A DNA stretch of 64,000 nucleotides from Trypanosoma brucei (Eukaryota): NCBI GenBank assembly GCA_000002445.1, contig AE017150.2:640001-704000 (forward strand). Direction: 5' to 3'. The notes under the pieces were generated by a model. It was not told where the DNA came from. It searched no databases and worked only from the letters and a program-made list of their open reading frames with translations. Each line of letters starts with the position of its first letter. Within the stretch, counting starts at the first letter, position 1. Below, one piece after another: positions 54,402 through 64,000 of this stretch. Both the position numbers and the translations under genes were made by a program.

Positions 54402-56840
54402 TCAAATGAACTGAACCCATTCATCTTCGCCAATGGCTTCATAAACAAAGCTGTCACCTTGGAGTTCCGATACTGCCTGCCTAAGTTCCTCCATAGAAAG
54501 AGAGCCGCCCAATCTGGCATGCACATCACTCAGACGAACAGCAGGCTGCCGGTCCTGACGCTGGATGAGGCGAAGCATATTTGAAACGCGAGATAAAGTA
54601 ATCTCCTTTGAACTTTCAGCAGTTGTGAGGGCCATCTCTTCTGCTGGCGACGCGACCGCCCCTGCTGCCGTTTCTTCCACCTCCTGCCTCTGCCTCCGGG
54701 TGTTACCAGCGCCAGAAATGATGTCCACGCCAGCCCCATTTGTTAACCCTTCTGCCGATCGTTTCGCACCTTGGCGCTTTTCCATTGCGGTTGCCTTATT
54801 GTCCTCGGCACGCTGCTGTGAAGCTGCGGTGGCTGCGTGGACGGAGGCACGTAAAAGTTCCATAGCGCTCTTCACATCATCCTCATCGACTGTGGAGGAA
54901 AGCCGCAGTTTGGCATTAGCCGTAGCTAGTCGCACAATTGCTTCTAGAGTACGCGCCGTAACAAAAAACCCATCTTTTGAACCTTCTTGCTGCTCAGCCC
55001 GCAGCTGCACGTAGTGCTGACTTACCAACTGCTGTGAAGCTTCCGTGAGCGTGGGTCGACCCAATTTCGCCAACTGCACGTATGCGCGAAGGAAGTCCAC
55101 TCCAACAATAGTTTCGCCGCTACTTGTTGTGGTCATACGGAAGTCCAAACCACCACCGGCACCACCACCCTGCCTCCCTGACTGTGCCCAAACGGAGTCC
55201 ACACTGTCCACCACTGTTTTAGTAATATTCTGATCAATTTCCACAGGCTCAGCTGTCATGTGGTTCCGAAGTATGTGGCGGCCGATCCTGCGGTTATGTT
55301 CAGACGAGTGTTTGTCCAACACAATAAATGTTAGGTCGAAACGAGAAAGCAGTGACTCGGGGAGACCTACATTGAAGGCTAGACGATGATGAACGCTATA
55401 AAATCCATAAATGGGGTTAGCGGCAGCGAGAACACTGCAGCGTGCGTTAAGTGAAGCATGAATCCCCGCCTTGGCAATTGTCACAGTTTGTTGTTCCATT
55501 GCCTCGTGCATGGCTACCCGGTCCTGAGCGCTCATTTTGTCAAATTCATCAATGCAAAGAATACCGCGGTCAGCAAGAACCATTGCACCGGCAGAGAGTG
55601 AACGTTCGCCCGTGTATGCGTCAATAGAGACAGCAGCCGTTAGACCAACACCAGAGGAACCTTTTCCCGTCGTGCTGAGTGCGAGTGGTGCCACACCGAG
55701 CACAAATCGGAGAAGCTGTGACTTGGCCGTGGATGGTTCACCAACAAGAAGAACATTAATGTCCCCGCGGACGTGAGATTGGTGGGCGACACGCTCCACC
55801 CCCCCAACCATTAGTAGCAGAACGGCCTTCCGTTCATTTGTCATTCCGTAAATGGTGGGTGCAACGGCCATACTAAGCGAATTTAGAACGCCCGCCGGGC
55901 CGTCTGTTTGCGTACACTTCGCTGCGAAGGCAAACAATTTCTCTTCAATTGAAGGTACTCGACGATACATAGTAAAAGCTTGTACAGGTATCACGTGATT
56001 TACCAATACTATGGATTGAAAGCTCTTGTTATCGGAAGTAGTGTATGCCATATAAACTCCCACCAACGTTACACGATCCCCCGGTTTGACAATATCGACC
56101 AAATCGTCATCAAAGCGAAGCTCAACGGTTCGTGGGAGTTGACCAGTTGGCGCCCGTTCAGGTGCCTCCTGCAGGATGGCGCACTGCGAATCCATGAAGG
56201 TTGATAGTCCCAACTCAGTACGCAGGACATTTCCCTCCATATCTGTCTTGGGCATGACATTAACGGTTGGAAGATGTCGGCTGTCAATCATGGGTGTTAA
56301 TTGGTCACGGAATTCTTTCCTACTAAACTTATTTGTCTCCGGGCAGTAATGTACCGTTTCAAGCACCCGCGGGCGGTTAGAGGACTGACGTGTGATAATG
56401 CCTTCGAGAGCCACCATTGTGTTGAGGTGCTGCGCGTACAACTCACGGGGCGAACGCACGGTACCAACAGGCCCCTCGAAGCCAACATGGACGGCACGTG
56501 AACGGTAATCCACCTTCAAATACTCCGGCTGCTGCCTTAGCACTACATCATGCAGGGCAAGCTCTAGAAGCGGAACATATTTTCCAGGCTCACGTATAAT
56601 ACAAGCGCCGAGAGAAGCGCTCTGATTTAGCCCTAAGCCGGCTGTAGTGTCGAAACCGGTTGCCGTGGGTGTGAAGTCCAGCAGGTCACCCATATCGAGT
56701 AATAAGCGGGATCCCGACGCCGCCATCATCTCTTGTACAAGTTGATGATATTTTTCCTCATACCGCTCACTTTCAAAGAAATCAATGAAATGACGCCTAA
56801 TGAGCGTCTGCTCCTCCGTGAGGGTCCTGTTGCTAAGCAT
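54402..56840 (-). CDS. MCM3: MCM family replicative helicase subunit, MCM3-like
   Basis: Walker A GEPSTAKSQLLRFV. Walker B/arginine finger CIDEFDKMSAQDRVAMHEAMEQQTVTIAKAGIHASLNARCSVLAAANP...SLLSRFDL. No N-terminal C4 zinc finger, only VHYCPETNKF. ILQEAPERAPTGQLPRTVELRFDDDLVDIVKPGDRV aligns closely with human MCM3. Confidence 0.75.
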   Translation of the reverse strand: MLSNRTLTEEQTLIRRHFIDFFESERYEEKYHQLVQEMMAASGSRLLLDMGDLLDFTPTATGFDTTAGLGLNQSASLGACIIREPGKYVPLLELALHDVVLRQQPEYLKVDYRSRAVHVGFEGPVGTVRSPRELYAQHLNTMVALEGIITRQSSNRPRVLETVHYCPETNKFSRKEFRDQLTPMIDSRHLPTVNVMPKTDMEGNVLRTELGLSTFMDSQCAILQEAPERAPTGQLPRTVELRFDDDLVDIVKPGDRVTLVGVYMAYTTSDNKSFQSIVLVNHVIPVQAFTMYRRVPSIEEKLFAFAAKCTQTDGPAGVLNSLSMAVAPTIYGMTNERKAVLLLMVGGVERVAHQSHVRGDINVLLVGEPSTAKSQLLRFVLGVAPLALSTTGKGSSGVGLTAAVSIDAYTGERSLSAGAMVLADRGILCIDEFDKMSAQDRVAMHEAMEQQTVTIAKAGIHASLNARCSVLAAANPIYGFYSVHHRLAFNVGLPESLLSRFDLTFIVLDKHSSEHNRRIGRHILRNHMTAEPVEIDQNITKTVVDSVDSVWAQSGRQGGGAGGGLDFRMTTTSSGETIVGVDFLRAYVQLAKLGRPTLTEASQQLVSQHYVQLRAEQQEGSKDGFFVTARTLEAIVRLATANAKLRLSSTVDEDDVKSAMELLRASVHAATAASQQRAEDNKATAMEKRQGAKRSAEGLTNGAGVDIISGAGNTRRQRQEVEETAAGAVASPAEEMALTTAESSKEITLSRVSNMLRLIQRQDRQPAVRLSDVHARLGGSLSMEELRQAVSELQGDSFVYEAIGEDEWVQFI

Positions 56841-57556
56841 CTATATGTCAACCGTCGTATGCTACTGACGCGGCTTTTGTTTCTTTTTTTTTTGTGTTTG
56901 TATGTGTGGTGCTTTACCTTTTCTTTGTTTTTCTTTAATGTTTTTTTTTACCTTTGGTCTCTCCCTCGATTTATTTTACCTGCTATTTTTTTTTTTTTTG
57001 GTTGCCCTCAAAGGTGTACCCACCCCTTCTTCGAGTCCTCAGGTGTCTAAGAAGTTGTCGCGTCAAGTGGGATGAAACTGAGCGAAAAGACACAAACAGC
57101 CGCAAAAATTCGGTAAATTTCCCCACAGCCAAGGTCGGGATTCTGCGTTCGTCCCTAAGCCCGAAAGAATCAATATTGTAAACACCTATTTATTTACTGA
57201 AGGGACAAATTTATCCGAAGAAGGTAAATTTTCTACAGCCTTCTTCTCTTCCTTCATCGTACGCATACATGTGTATGTGTGTATATGTGTGGGTAAACAA
57301 CAGAAAGAGAACAGAACATATATATTAGAGCTCAGTAAAAAAAAGATAATAAAGCGCATCATTTTTTTTTTTTTAACGGGAACATTCAACTAAATAAACT
57401 CTTACACAACCATAGAAGGATGAAACTAAAGGTAAGGGGTGGTGAGAAAGACAAGCCGTACACCACATCCATGAACTCAGAAACAGCAACCACCCACACA
57501 TCTCAACAACGGTAGAGTTTGAAAGAAAAACAAAAAAAACAAGGCATCGTGTTGCG

Positions 57557-58273
57557 TTACGCCGTAATGTTGACACCACTTTCCTCGCGTGTACGCTTCA
57601 CCGCAGTGGGAAGGGCCTCAGAACCCGAGCTAAAACCCATAGCTCCACCACCACCTTTGCGGCCTTCACGATGGCAACTAAGGTTATGTAATTTCTGCAA
57701 CAGTAAGCGGATTTCATTCACTTTCATATCAAGCAAGCCCTCGTCGATATCCCACTCACTAACCAACGCAGTTTCCATTTGCTTAAATGGGGTCGTTAGC
57801 GCATTTGTAAGTTCATTAATCATTTTCTTTGCAGCGGCCTCCCGCTCAGCAGCCTCCTTATTTGCCGCGGCGCTTTTAGCTAGTGACTCTGCTTCTTTCT
57901 GCCGAAGGATCATTTCTGCCATAATGGCTTCCTCACCCACTCCACATTCCCGTTGCTGCTCCTTCACTTCCCGTTGCTCATGTGCCTCCCGTCGCAATTG
58001 CTCATTATATTCCTGACGCTTTATCGGATCGCTAAGCGTCTCCGCTGCAAGTTTCACTCGAAGGAAGGCTTCTCGTGCCTCTGGTGAAGCATCCTTATCG
58101 GGATGAAATAACAGGGCAAAGCGACGGTACGCTCGATGTAAGGCTTGAAGGTCGATACTCTCCGCCACCTCATCTAAAGAAAATATTTCGTAATACGTCA
58201 GTTGCAACACATTGTCCTTGTTAACACTGGTAGAGGAGGACCTATTCATGCTGACCAGTGACCGGGCTACCAA
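57557..58273 (-). CDS. DnaJ (J-domain) protein with C-terminal coiled-coil/charged region
   Basis: J-domain YYEIFSLDEV...LHRAYRRFALLFHPDKDASPEAREAFLRVKLAAETLSDPIKRQEYN with the HPD tripeptide. Followed by an E/K/R-rich helical region. Confidence 0.75.
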   Translation of the reverse strand: MVARSLVSMNRSSSTSVNKDNVLQLTYYEIFSLDEVAESIDLQALHRAYRRFALLFHPDKDASPEAREAFLRVKLAAETLSDPIKRQEYNEQLRREAHEQREVKEQQRECGVGEEAIMAEMILRQKEAESLAKSAAANKEAAEREAAAKKMINELTNALTTPFKQMETALVSEWDIDEGLLDMKVNEIRLLLQKLHNLSCHREGRKGGGGAMGFSSGSEALPTAVKRTREESGVNITA

Positions 58274-58394
58274 TAGAACAAAACAAACCTAAGGTGATAT
58301 TTAACAAGTCAGAAGCGAGGAAAGAATAAGCTCATCACTGGACGTGTACGACCAACAGTGAAACGAACGCAAAAAGAAAAGTATGCTCGGTTAA

Positions 58395-58450
58395 ACCATG
58401 GTGGGGAATGGGGAGAAGGGGGAAGTTAGAAAAGAAATAAATTAGTCGTG
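58395..58450 (-). promoter_or_regulatory. polypyrimidine tract (coding strand) in the 315-bp gap upstream of the DnaJ CDS
   Basis: Plus strand ggtggggaatggggagaagggggaagttagaaaagaaataaattag, i.e. polyY on the coding strand. 120-180 nt upstream of the DnaJ ATG. Confidence 0.35.
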
Positions 58451-58587
58451 AGTAAAAGCCGCCACAGAATAAAACATCGATAGGGCAAAAACCACGCGTG
58501 TATTCATGCATGGATACCCATCCAATACTACACAATACCCACCAATTTTTCTTTTTTTTTTTTTAGACTGCATAATTAGAAATCATG

Positions 58588-59499
58588 TTACAGTAACTCA
58601 TCACAATCCAACTGCACCTCAGCAAAACACTGTTCGAGTGTTTCAAAACAAACATCCATGCTGCTTGCCGGTAATAGCTCTAATGGAGGTAACAGTGACG
58701 GTGCCGGCATTGGGGCCAACGGGCGACTACCACCGCAAACTACTGCGACGCTTAATTCATCCGAGCTACTGGTGAATGGCGAATCGTCATCGCTATAGTT
58801 ATTAAGTCCTCTGCGTGAGTTGCTTTTCTTCGTGCGCGCTTTGTGGCGTCGATGATTACTTTTATTATCACGTGGCACCTGATCGGACGGCGGAGGTTGC
58901 AGGTTGCTGCTTTCAGTTATGCCTCCATGCCCAAGGAATTTAAAATGAAACCCGTCCGAATTCCCTTGGCTGACACTCACAGGATTCCAGGGCGCAGAGC
59001 TCTCAGCGACAGCCTGATGTGCGGGAGAAATATAAAAATCCGATATCGTCTCTGATTCTGCGGTGGGTGTGGGTTGGATATCAAACAAAAAACTACATGG
59101 TTGCTGCTGTTGTTGATGCCTCTGCATGTTTTTCTTGCGGAGTTTCTTATTGTACGGCGCCCCACCGCGACCGGCAGCAAATGGAGTTTTAAGCGAAGCC
59201 GGTCGCGCTTTACCTGAAGATTGTCCATGCCGACCAGTAGGAGCCGAAAGGCTGTCATCCTCCATGTTGGTAAACCACAAGAATTCATGTGGTAATTGTT
59301 GCTGCCTCTTTCGGCGCTGGCGGCGAGTAGTACTTGCACTCTTTTTGCTGCTGCGTCTGCTGCTCCCACGATCGGAGCCACACGTCTCAATGTGAATAGT
59401 TGTACCTGCTGTAAAGACACCAGGGAAGTTATATTCCTCATAACTCACCTGGATGCAGTTCGGCATCTCCCTTTCCCCTCGGCCGTTGCTTTCGTTCAT
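58588..59499 (-). CDS. hypothetical basic Ser/Arg/Gln-rich protein, 303 aa
   Basis: ORF co-oriented with neighbours. A polypurine (plus-strand) tract follows its stop before the DnaJ start, consistent with a processing site. No recognisable domain and partly low complexity, so coding status is less certain. Confidence 0.45.
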   Translation of the reverse strand: MNESNGRGEREMPNCIQVSYEEYNFPGVFTAGTTIHIETCGSDRGSSRRSSKKSASTTRRQRRKRQQQLPHEFLWFTNMEDDSLSAPTGRHGQSSGKARPASLKTPFAAGRGGAPYNKKLRKKNMQRHQQQQQPCSFLFDIQPTPTAESETISDFYISPAHQAVAESSAPWNPVSVSQGNSDGFHFKFLGHGGITESSNLQPPPSDQVPRDNKSNHRRHKARTKKSNSRRGLNNYSDDDSPFTSSSDELSVAVVCGGSRPLAPMPAPSLLPPLELLPASSMDVCFETLEQCFAEVQLDCDELL

Positions 59500-60706
59500 T
59501 ACAAAGCCGGCAGTTTCCTTTTTTTTTTACCAAGAAAAACGCGGCAGTTTTTCGAGGGTTCCTCCTCTACCTAACGGTTTCTGAAGCGCGCTCAGTTGAT
59601 TTTTTCGATGCCCAGAAGCAGTAGGCACGAGTGCGGGCGCCGTAACGGGGAGGGATTCACACTTACCACGTTGCTTGATTGAAAATAACTCTTCTTAGAG
59701 TTATCGGCCGCTATTGTTCTAGTGTAGTTACTGTTGTTTATGCCACGTCTGGCAACTTATGCTTTTATCCCTTTTTTTTTCTTCACAATATATATAATAT
59801 TTATCTTATATCGTGCCAGGATTCTCGGCTAATAAAGGAAAAAATGACACGTGTAATTATGTCCTCTACGTACTATTAATGTCGTTCCTTTTTGCTCCTT
59901 ACAAACTCTTTCTGTCTCGCAGCCACGCGCATGAAAGAGATTAAAAGGAAAAACGATAGAACACGTCATATGCCAATGCCCTGCCGCAACCCACGTGGGT
60001 AAGTTAATCTGGAAAGAAAATTGGGGGGCTGATATAATCCGCCTCCGTCTCCCCGTTTCTTTACCATTTCGACTTCACACCTCCTGCCAAAGGAACTCAG
60101 AGGCAAATACACTCGCTAACAGATTCCCTTTTTACAAATAAATATATGTATATTTGTATTTATATATTTTTTGAACAAAAAAGGAAAAGGGTATTTTTAC
60201 CGCTTCGCTCGTTCACAGAAGCCGAGCAGAGTCAATCAGATGCCGAAGGTACCTCTGAATCACCTGCCCATACTTTTTTGTCTCCTCTTTCCCTGCAACA
60301 ACAGCATTGAAAAGATGCCCAAACACTCGCCAGCAACAGCTACGCCGTAATGCGCAGAAACATCATGCAGCCACGCCAGAACCACAACAGCGAAAACAAC
60401 ATCAAGCAAACGAAGTCTACCAAAAGCAAACTCTTGAAGAAGGAACGGTTGCGGTTTGAGGAAAGATTATTAGCGAGTCTCAACTGAGCACGAGAATGAG
60501 TTATGCTTTCCAAGTTCATCCTGTGCTGTGGCACAACGCCTGGACAGACACGCAGAGGCACCAAGAGAAAAGCTGGTTACCATGCCGTAACGGTTATAGA
60601 GTGGAAGAAGTTCAAAAATCCACACAAAAACTCAAGAGATTTTGTTTTTTTTTCAACACGTAACAATAATAATAGTATAGAGTGGTGACTGCAGCACTGA
60701 AGGTGT

Positions 60707-63700
60707 TCAAGTTGTCGAAGCACCAACCTTCCCGCCGCCATCTTCTGTGATCACACCGCTGCTTTCCGCAGGTGTGTCCTTAACATTGTGGGTAACTTCG
60801 ACCGCGGCCTGCATTCCTGCATCACTTTCCCGCATTAAAAAGTCAACCCACAGTTCAGCAATGCCTGCAGTTGGTTTACCACCATCGCGTTTGGTGATTT
60901 GTGAGGTTCCAGCTTGGGATCTACGGCCTCCCCACATGCTGCTCATAATACCACCAATAAATCGACTCCCGCCACCTCCTTTTTGCTGCTGTCCGGGTTT
61001 GGGGTTTGTGGGGCCCGGTATGAGGCCGGCTTTTTCTTGCGTCGGTTCGTCCCAATTTAGCAAGCCACTGAGAACCTTCAGCATTCCATCCGACTCGGGC
61101 TTACCAGCAACGAAAGCATGAATGAAGTTTACTGTTAGATGACTGATCACACGTTTGTCGATAAGGCTCTCACCGTTCAACTGACGAGCCGTGTCACCGA
61201 GTGCCCTGCGCAGCTCGAGGTGCTTATGGTGCAATGCGCTAATTTCTACATTCTTGGCGGCTAGTTCACGCCGATATCCCTGCATAATCTCATCAACTTC
61301 CTTTTGATGACCTCGTATGCGCTGCTCTGCGTCAGCAAGCTGCCCACGCAGTTCGTCAATCTCCACCTGCAATTCCGCTGTCCGCTCCTCAATGTCTCTG
61401 CTCTTATTGAGGGTAAATGTATCAAGCACCTGCTGTAGATTTTCTGTAGCTTGATGCGACCGCAGCAGTTCCTCATCACGCTCGTGAAGCACACTTCGAA
61501 GTGTTTCGATATCATCCTCCAACCTACGCAATTTTTCTATGCTGACACCGGTACCACTCCCCAGAGCCTGCGTTCCACCAGTCTTGTCGTGATTACTACC
61601 GGTTGCCCCCTCGTCACTTCTGCTTACGTTAAATCCACGAGTAGACACATCCAATGACTGCTCTTCCTTTAGCGATTGTAACTCGTTAGTGACGCTTGCT
61701 AGTAACGTTTGAGTGTTACGATGCTCCTGCGCTTCATCCAGTTGTTGTTGTTTGAGCTCGGCAATTGTCTGTTCACACAGAGAGAGTTCCTCACGAAGCG
61801 CTCCAATAGTCTTCCATGCTTCATTAACCTGCTGTGAGACCGTTGCGTTCACCATGCGGGCATTCTCATATGTGCGTTCCATTTCCATCTGAATATGATA
61901 GGCTTGCTTGTTAGCGTCAACCAGGCGGTTAAACTCATTGACCATGAGATTCACTATATCGAAGAAAGGAATTGGCGTGCCCCCCACCTGTGGAGGAGGG
62001 AACTCTACGTTGGCGTGGACAAGAGAATTCGTAATGTTCTGTTCCAGCTGTTTCTGTGTGTGCAGCAGGCGCGCATTTTCCGATTCCAGTTCCTGCTTAC
62101 GGGTGGTAAGGGCAGATATCAATGACGCACTATCATTATCACTGCCTTTCTTGGATGACGAAGCGATTACGCCCTGCAGCTCCACTATGTGATGTTCGGA
62201 TGAAGCTAATCTGCTTGATAGCCCCGCCACCTCGGACTCGGCATCCATCAGGCGTTTCTTATCGTGTTGTTGCTCTTCTACCAATTTGATCTTTTCCTCT
62301 CTCAGTATAGCAAGTTGTTGTTGTGCCTCATTCAGTTTGCTTTGCAACTCCCGCACAACCTCCTCTTCCCGGTCGTTGCGCCCTTTGATAAACTCCGCCA
62401 CTTTACGATCATATTCTTCTCTTTCAGTGATTTTTAGTCGCTCAATTGCCTCACTTTGACTCTGCTTTGCTTCCTGCAGTTGCCGCCTCAGTAATTCAAC
62501 TTCTTCCGTAAGAATTACGGCTTGCTCGTTGTGACTCCCCGTTGCGTCAGGCACAGTGCCCCCAGGCAACTCGAGGCCGCCCTCGTCATCGCCCCTATGA
62601 TGCCGCTGCTGCCGTGCTGTGGCCAACTCGACAACCAACCGTGTCATTTGCTCTGCCTGATCCTGACACCTACAAAGAACTTCATCTTTTTCGCGTAAGG
62701 CAGCCTCAAGACTCCTCTTTCCCTCCAGTAGGAGCTCCTTTACCCTCTCCCGTTCAACAGTTAGCTTCACCTTGTCATGATCCATCGTTTCCGCAACCTG
62801 TGACATCTCGCTCATTACTTTCCTAGCGGATTCATCACTCGTCCTACTAAATGAAGGGGGCATCGCTGTTAACTCTTCCGCCAATTCATAATCCACATGC
62901 TCACTTGGAAAATAGATCGTAGTAGTATTCCCAGAGTCTGTTTCCTGTGGTGGCGTTTCGCCACTGTTCCCAGTGAGCTTCTTCTTTTTCGCACAACGTC
63001 CCTCGGTTAGGGGCGTCTGCTCATCGATAGTGTTGTACGCGGACAGCGGAGATCCTGCTTGTGGGTTGGAGCTCGCCGCCGCAGTCGCAGTCGCCTGTGT
63101 TTGCATCCAATTTTGAATGTCACCACTTGTACCTATTGCGTTTCCTTCGTGAGTATTCGCAGTTTCTTGCAGGCTGTTGTCACGATACTCTTCGCTATGC
63201 ACTGCCTTCTGCTCCACACATTTTGAATTATCCGATGCGTCCCGGTCACCTCCAGATGTGGATTTGTGCAGTTCCTCCCCAGACCTCGCAGCATTCACGA
63301 AGGGAGGACTATGAACTGTTACACCGGAACAGCTATTCGACATATCACGTTCTGGAAGGGATGTTAATGGTGCTGAGAGTGATGACGATGTTGCCGCCAC
63401 CCGATTTTTCGAGGGCGCTGCGGGCACTGCAACAGCAGGTGTTTCTGTGGCCTCTAAAGAGCGAATTGGGGGTGCTTTATAGGCTCCTGCACCCGCCGTC
63501 TGCCGAGTGGGTGGTGCTACTCGTTCACAAGATGAAGTTATGTTTCCATGACTTCCCCTTTGCTGCGATGCGACTTCTCGTATAAAAGAGCCTGCACTGA
63601 AGTTCGAATGCGCACTGCCAGCTGGTGTGTAAGGGCTATCGCACCGATTATTCCCTGAATAGCAGTCTGTGTGTTGTCCCGCAATGTGTCGACCACTACT

Positions 63701-63883
63701 TTTTCTGGCTGAAGGGCTCCTTTCCGATTGAGCGCCCCCGCCTTGCCCCACTGACACCCCAGTATTGACCTCGTTATGCAAATGACCCTGCTGAAGCACT
63801 TCTTCATCTTCAAACTGTGGAGAGGCGAGTTCTGCAGCTATATCTTTCAACCGCCGCGTAACACCATTAATGTGGTCCCACAT
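60707..63883 (-). CDS. long coiled-coil protein (golgin-like) with conserved-looking C-terminal segment
   Basis: 1058 aa. About 600 aa of heptad-like Q/E/L/R-rich sequence (LQ..LE..L patterns). Ser/Thr/Pro-rich N-terminal region. C-terminal ...DKRVISHLTVNFIHAFVAGKPESDGMLKVLSGLLNWDEP... is loosely GRIP-like, unverified. Confidence 0.7.
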   Translation of the reverse strand: MWDHINGVTRRLKDIAAELASPQFEDEEVLQQGHLHNEVNTGVSVGQGGGAQSERSPSARKSSGRHIAGQHTDCYSGNNRCDSPYTPAGSAHSNFSAGSFIREVASQQRGSHGNITSSCERVAPPTRQTAGAGAYKAPPIRSLEATETPAVAVPAAPSKNRVAATSSSLSAPLTSLPERDMSNSCSGVTVHSPPFVNAARSGEELHKSTSGGDRDASDNSKCVEQKAVHSEEYRDNSLQETANTHEGNAIGTSGDIQNWMQTQATATAAASSNPQAGSPLSAYNTIDEQTPLTEGRCAKKKKLTGNSGETPPQETDSGNTTTIYFPSEHVDYELAEELTAMPPSFSRTSDESARKVMSEMSQVAETMDHDKVKLTVERERVKELLLEGKRSLEAALREKDEVLCRCQDQAEQMTRLVVELATARQQRHHRGDDEGGLELPGGTVPDATGSHNEQAVILTEEVELLRRQLQEAKQSQSEAIERLKITEREEYDRKVAEFIKGRNDREEEVVRELQSKLNEAQQQLAILREEKIKLVEEQQHDKKRLMDAESEVAGLSSRLASSEHHIVELQGVIASSSKKGSDNDSASLISALTTRKQELESENARLLHTQKQLEQNITNSLVHANVEFPPPQVGGTPIPFFDIVNLMVNEFNRLVDANKQAYHIQMEMERTYENARMVNATVSQQVNEAWKTIGALREELSLCEQTIAELKQQQLDEAQEHRNTQTLLASVTNELQSLKEEQSLDVSTRGFNVSRSDEGATGSNHDKTGGTQALGSGTGVSIEKLRRLEDDIETLRSVLHERDEELLRSHQATENLQQVLDTFTLNKSRDIEERTAELQVEIDELRGQLADAEQRIRGHQKEVDEIMQGYRRELAAKNVEISALHHKHLELRRALGDTARQLNGESLIDKRVISHLTVNFIHAFVAGKPESDGMLKVLSGLLNWDEPTQEKAGLIPGPTNPKPGQQQKGGGGSRFIGGIMSSMWGGRRSQAGTSQITKRDGGKPTAGIAELWVDFLMRESDAGMQAAVEVTHNVKDTPAESSGVITEDGGGKVGASTT

Positions 63884-64000
63884 GCGTTAACCTCGCTTCC
63901 CTGCTTCTTCACGGTACTATTTTTATTTTGACCAAATCAAAGTTACTATCCGCTTGCACGGCTACACCGACGTGGTTGATACCCCTCCTCGTTTCGCACC

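Noticed and set aside
1-64000. Prokaryotic-style features: CRISPR arrays, operons, sigma-70 promoters, Rho-independent terminators, defence islands.
   Set aside because: The gene structure is clearly eukaryotic kinetoplastid, with eIF5B, MCM3, UBE2S, BEACH and hnRNP F/H genes and polyY-rich spacers. No direct-repeat/spacer periodicity or prokaryotic signals were observed.

Overview
This 64 kb window reads as a core-chromosome segment of a kinetoplastid nuclear genome, most like Trypanosoma brucei or a close relative; the organism call is inference. All 16 credible protein-coding ORFs lie on the minus strand, consistent with the interior of one unidirectional polycistronic transcription unit running right to left. 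They are separated by AT-rich, homopolymer- and microsatellite-laden UTR/intergenic DNA. Purine-rich tracts on the plus strand, which are polypyrimidine on the coding strand, sit upstream of the gene starts, as expected for trans-splicing and polyadenylation signals. Products I can recognise from the translations are: a PWWP-TFIIS fusion elongation factor, a GTPBP1-family GTPase, a 3577-aa BEACH/WD40 protein, a UBE2S-type E2 with the conserved C-terminal LRRL-like tail, eIF5B, an hnRNP F/H-like triple-qRRM protein, mitochondrial beta-ketoacyl-ACP synthase, a Complex1_LYR-motif protein, an MCM3-like helicase subunit, a J-domain protein and a long coiled-coil protein. Five further ORFs have no domain I can name. 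I found no rRNA, tRNA, SL RNA, CRISPR or prokaryote-style defence or mobile system, so the hinted undescribed system is not evident to me as a gene cluster. The most unusual structures are two ORF-free low-complexity tracts, 7.6 kb at 39.2-46.7 kb and 3.9 kb at 21.0-24.9 kb. Other points of interest are the PWWP-TFIIS fusion, the UBE2S tail, and a LYR protein immediately beside the mitochondrial KAS gene. All plus-strand ORFs in the track look like antisense shadows or low-complexity artefacts.
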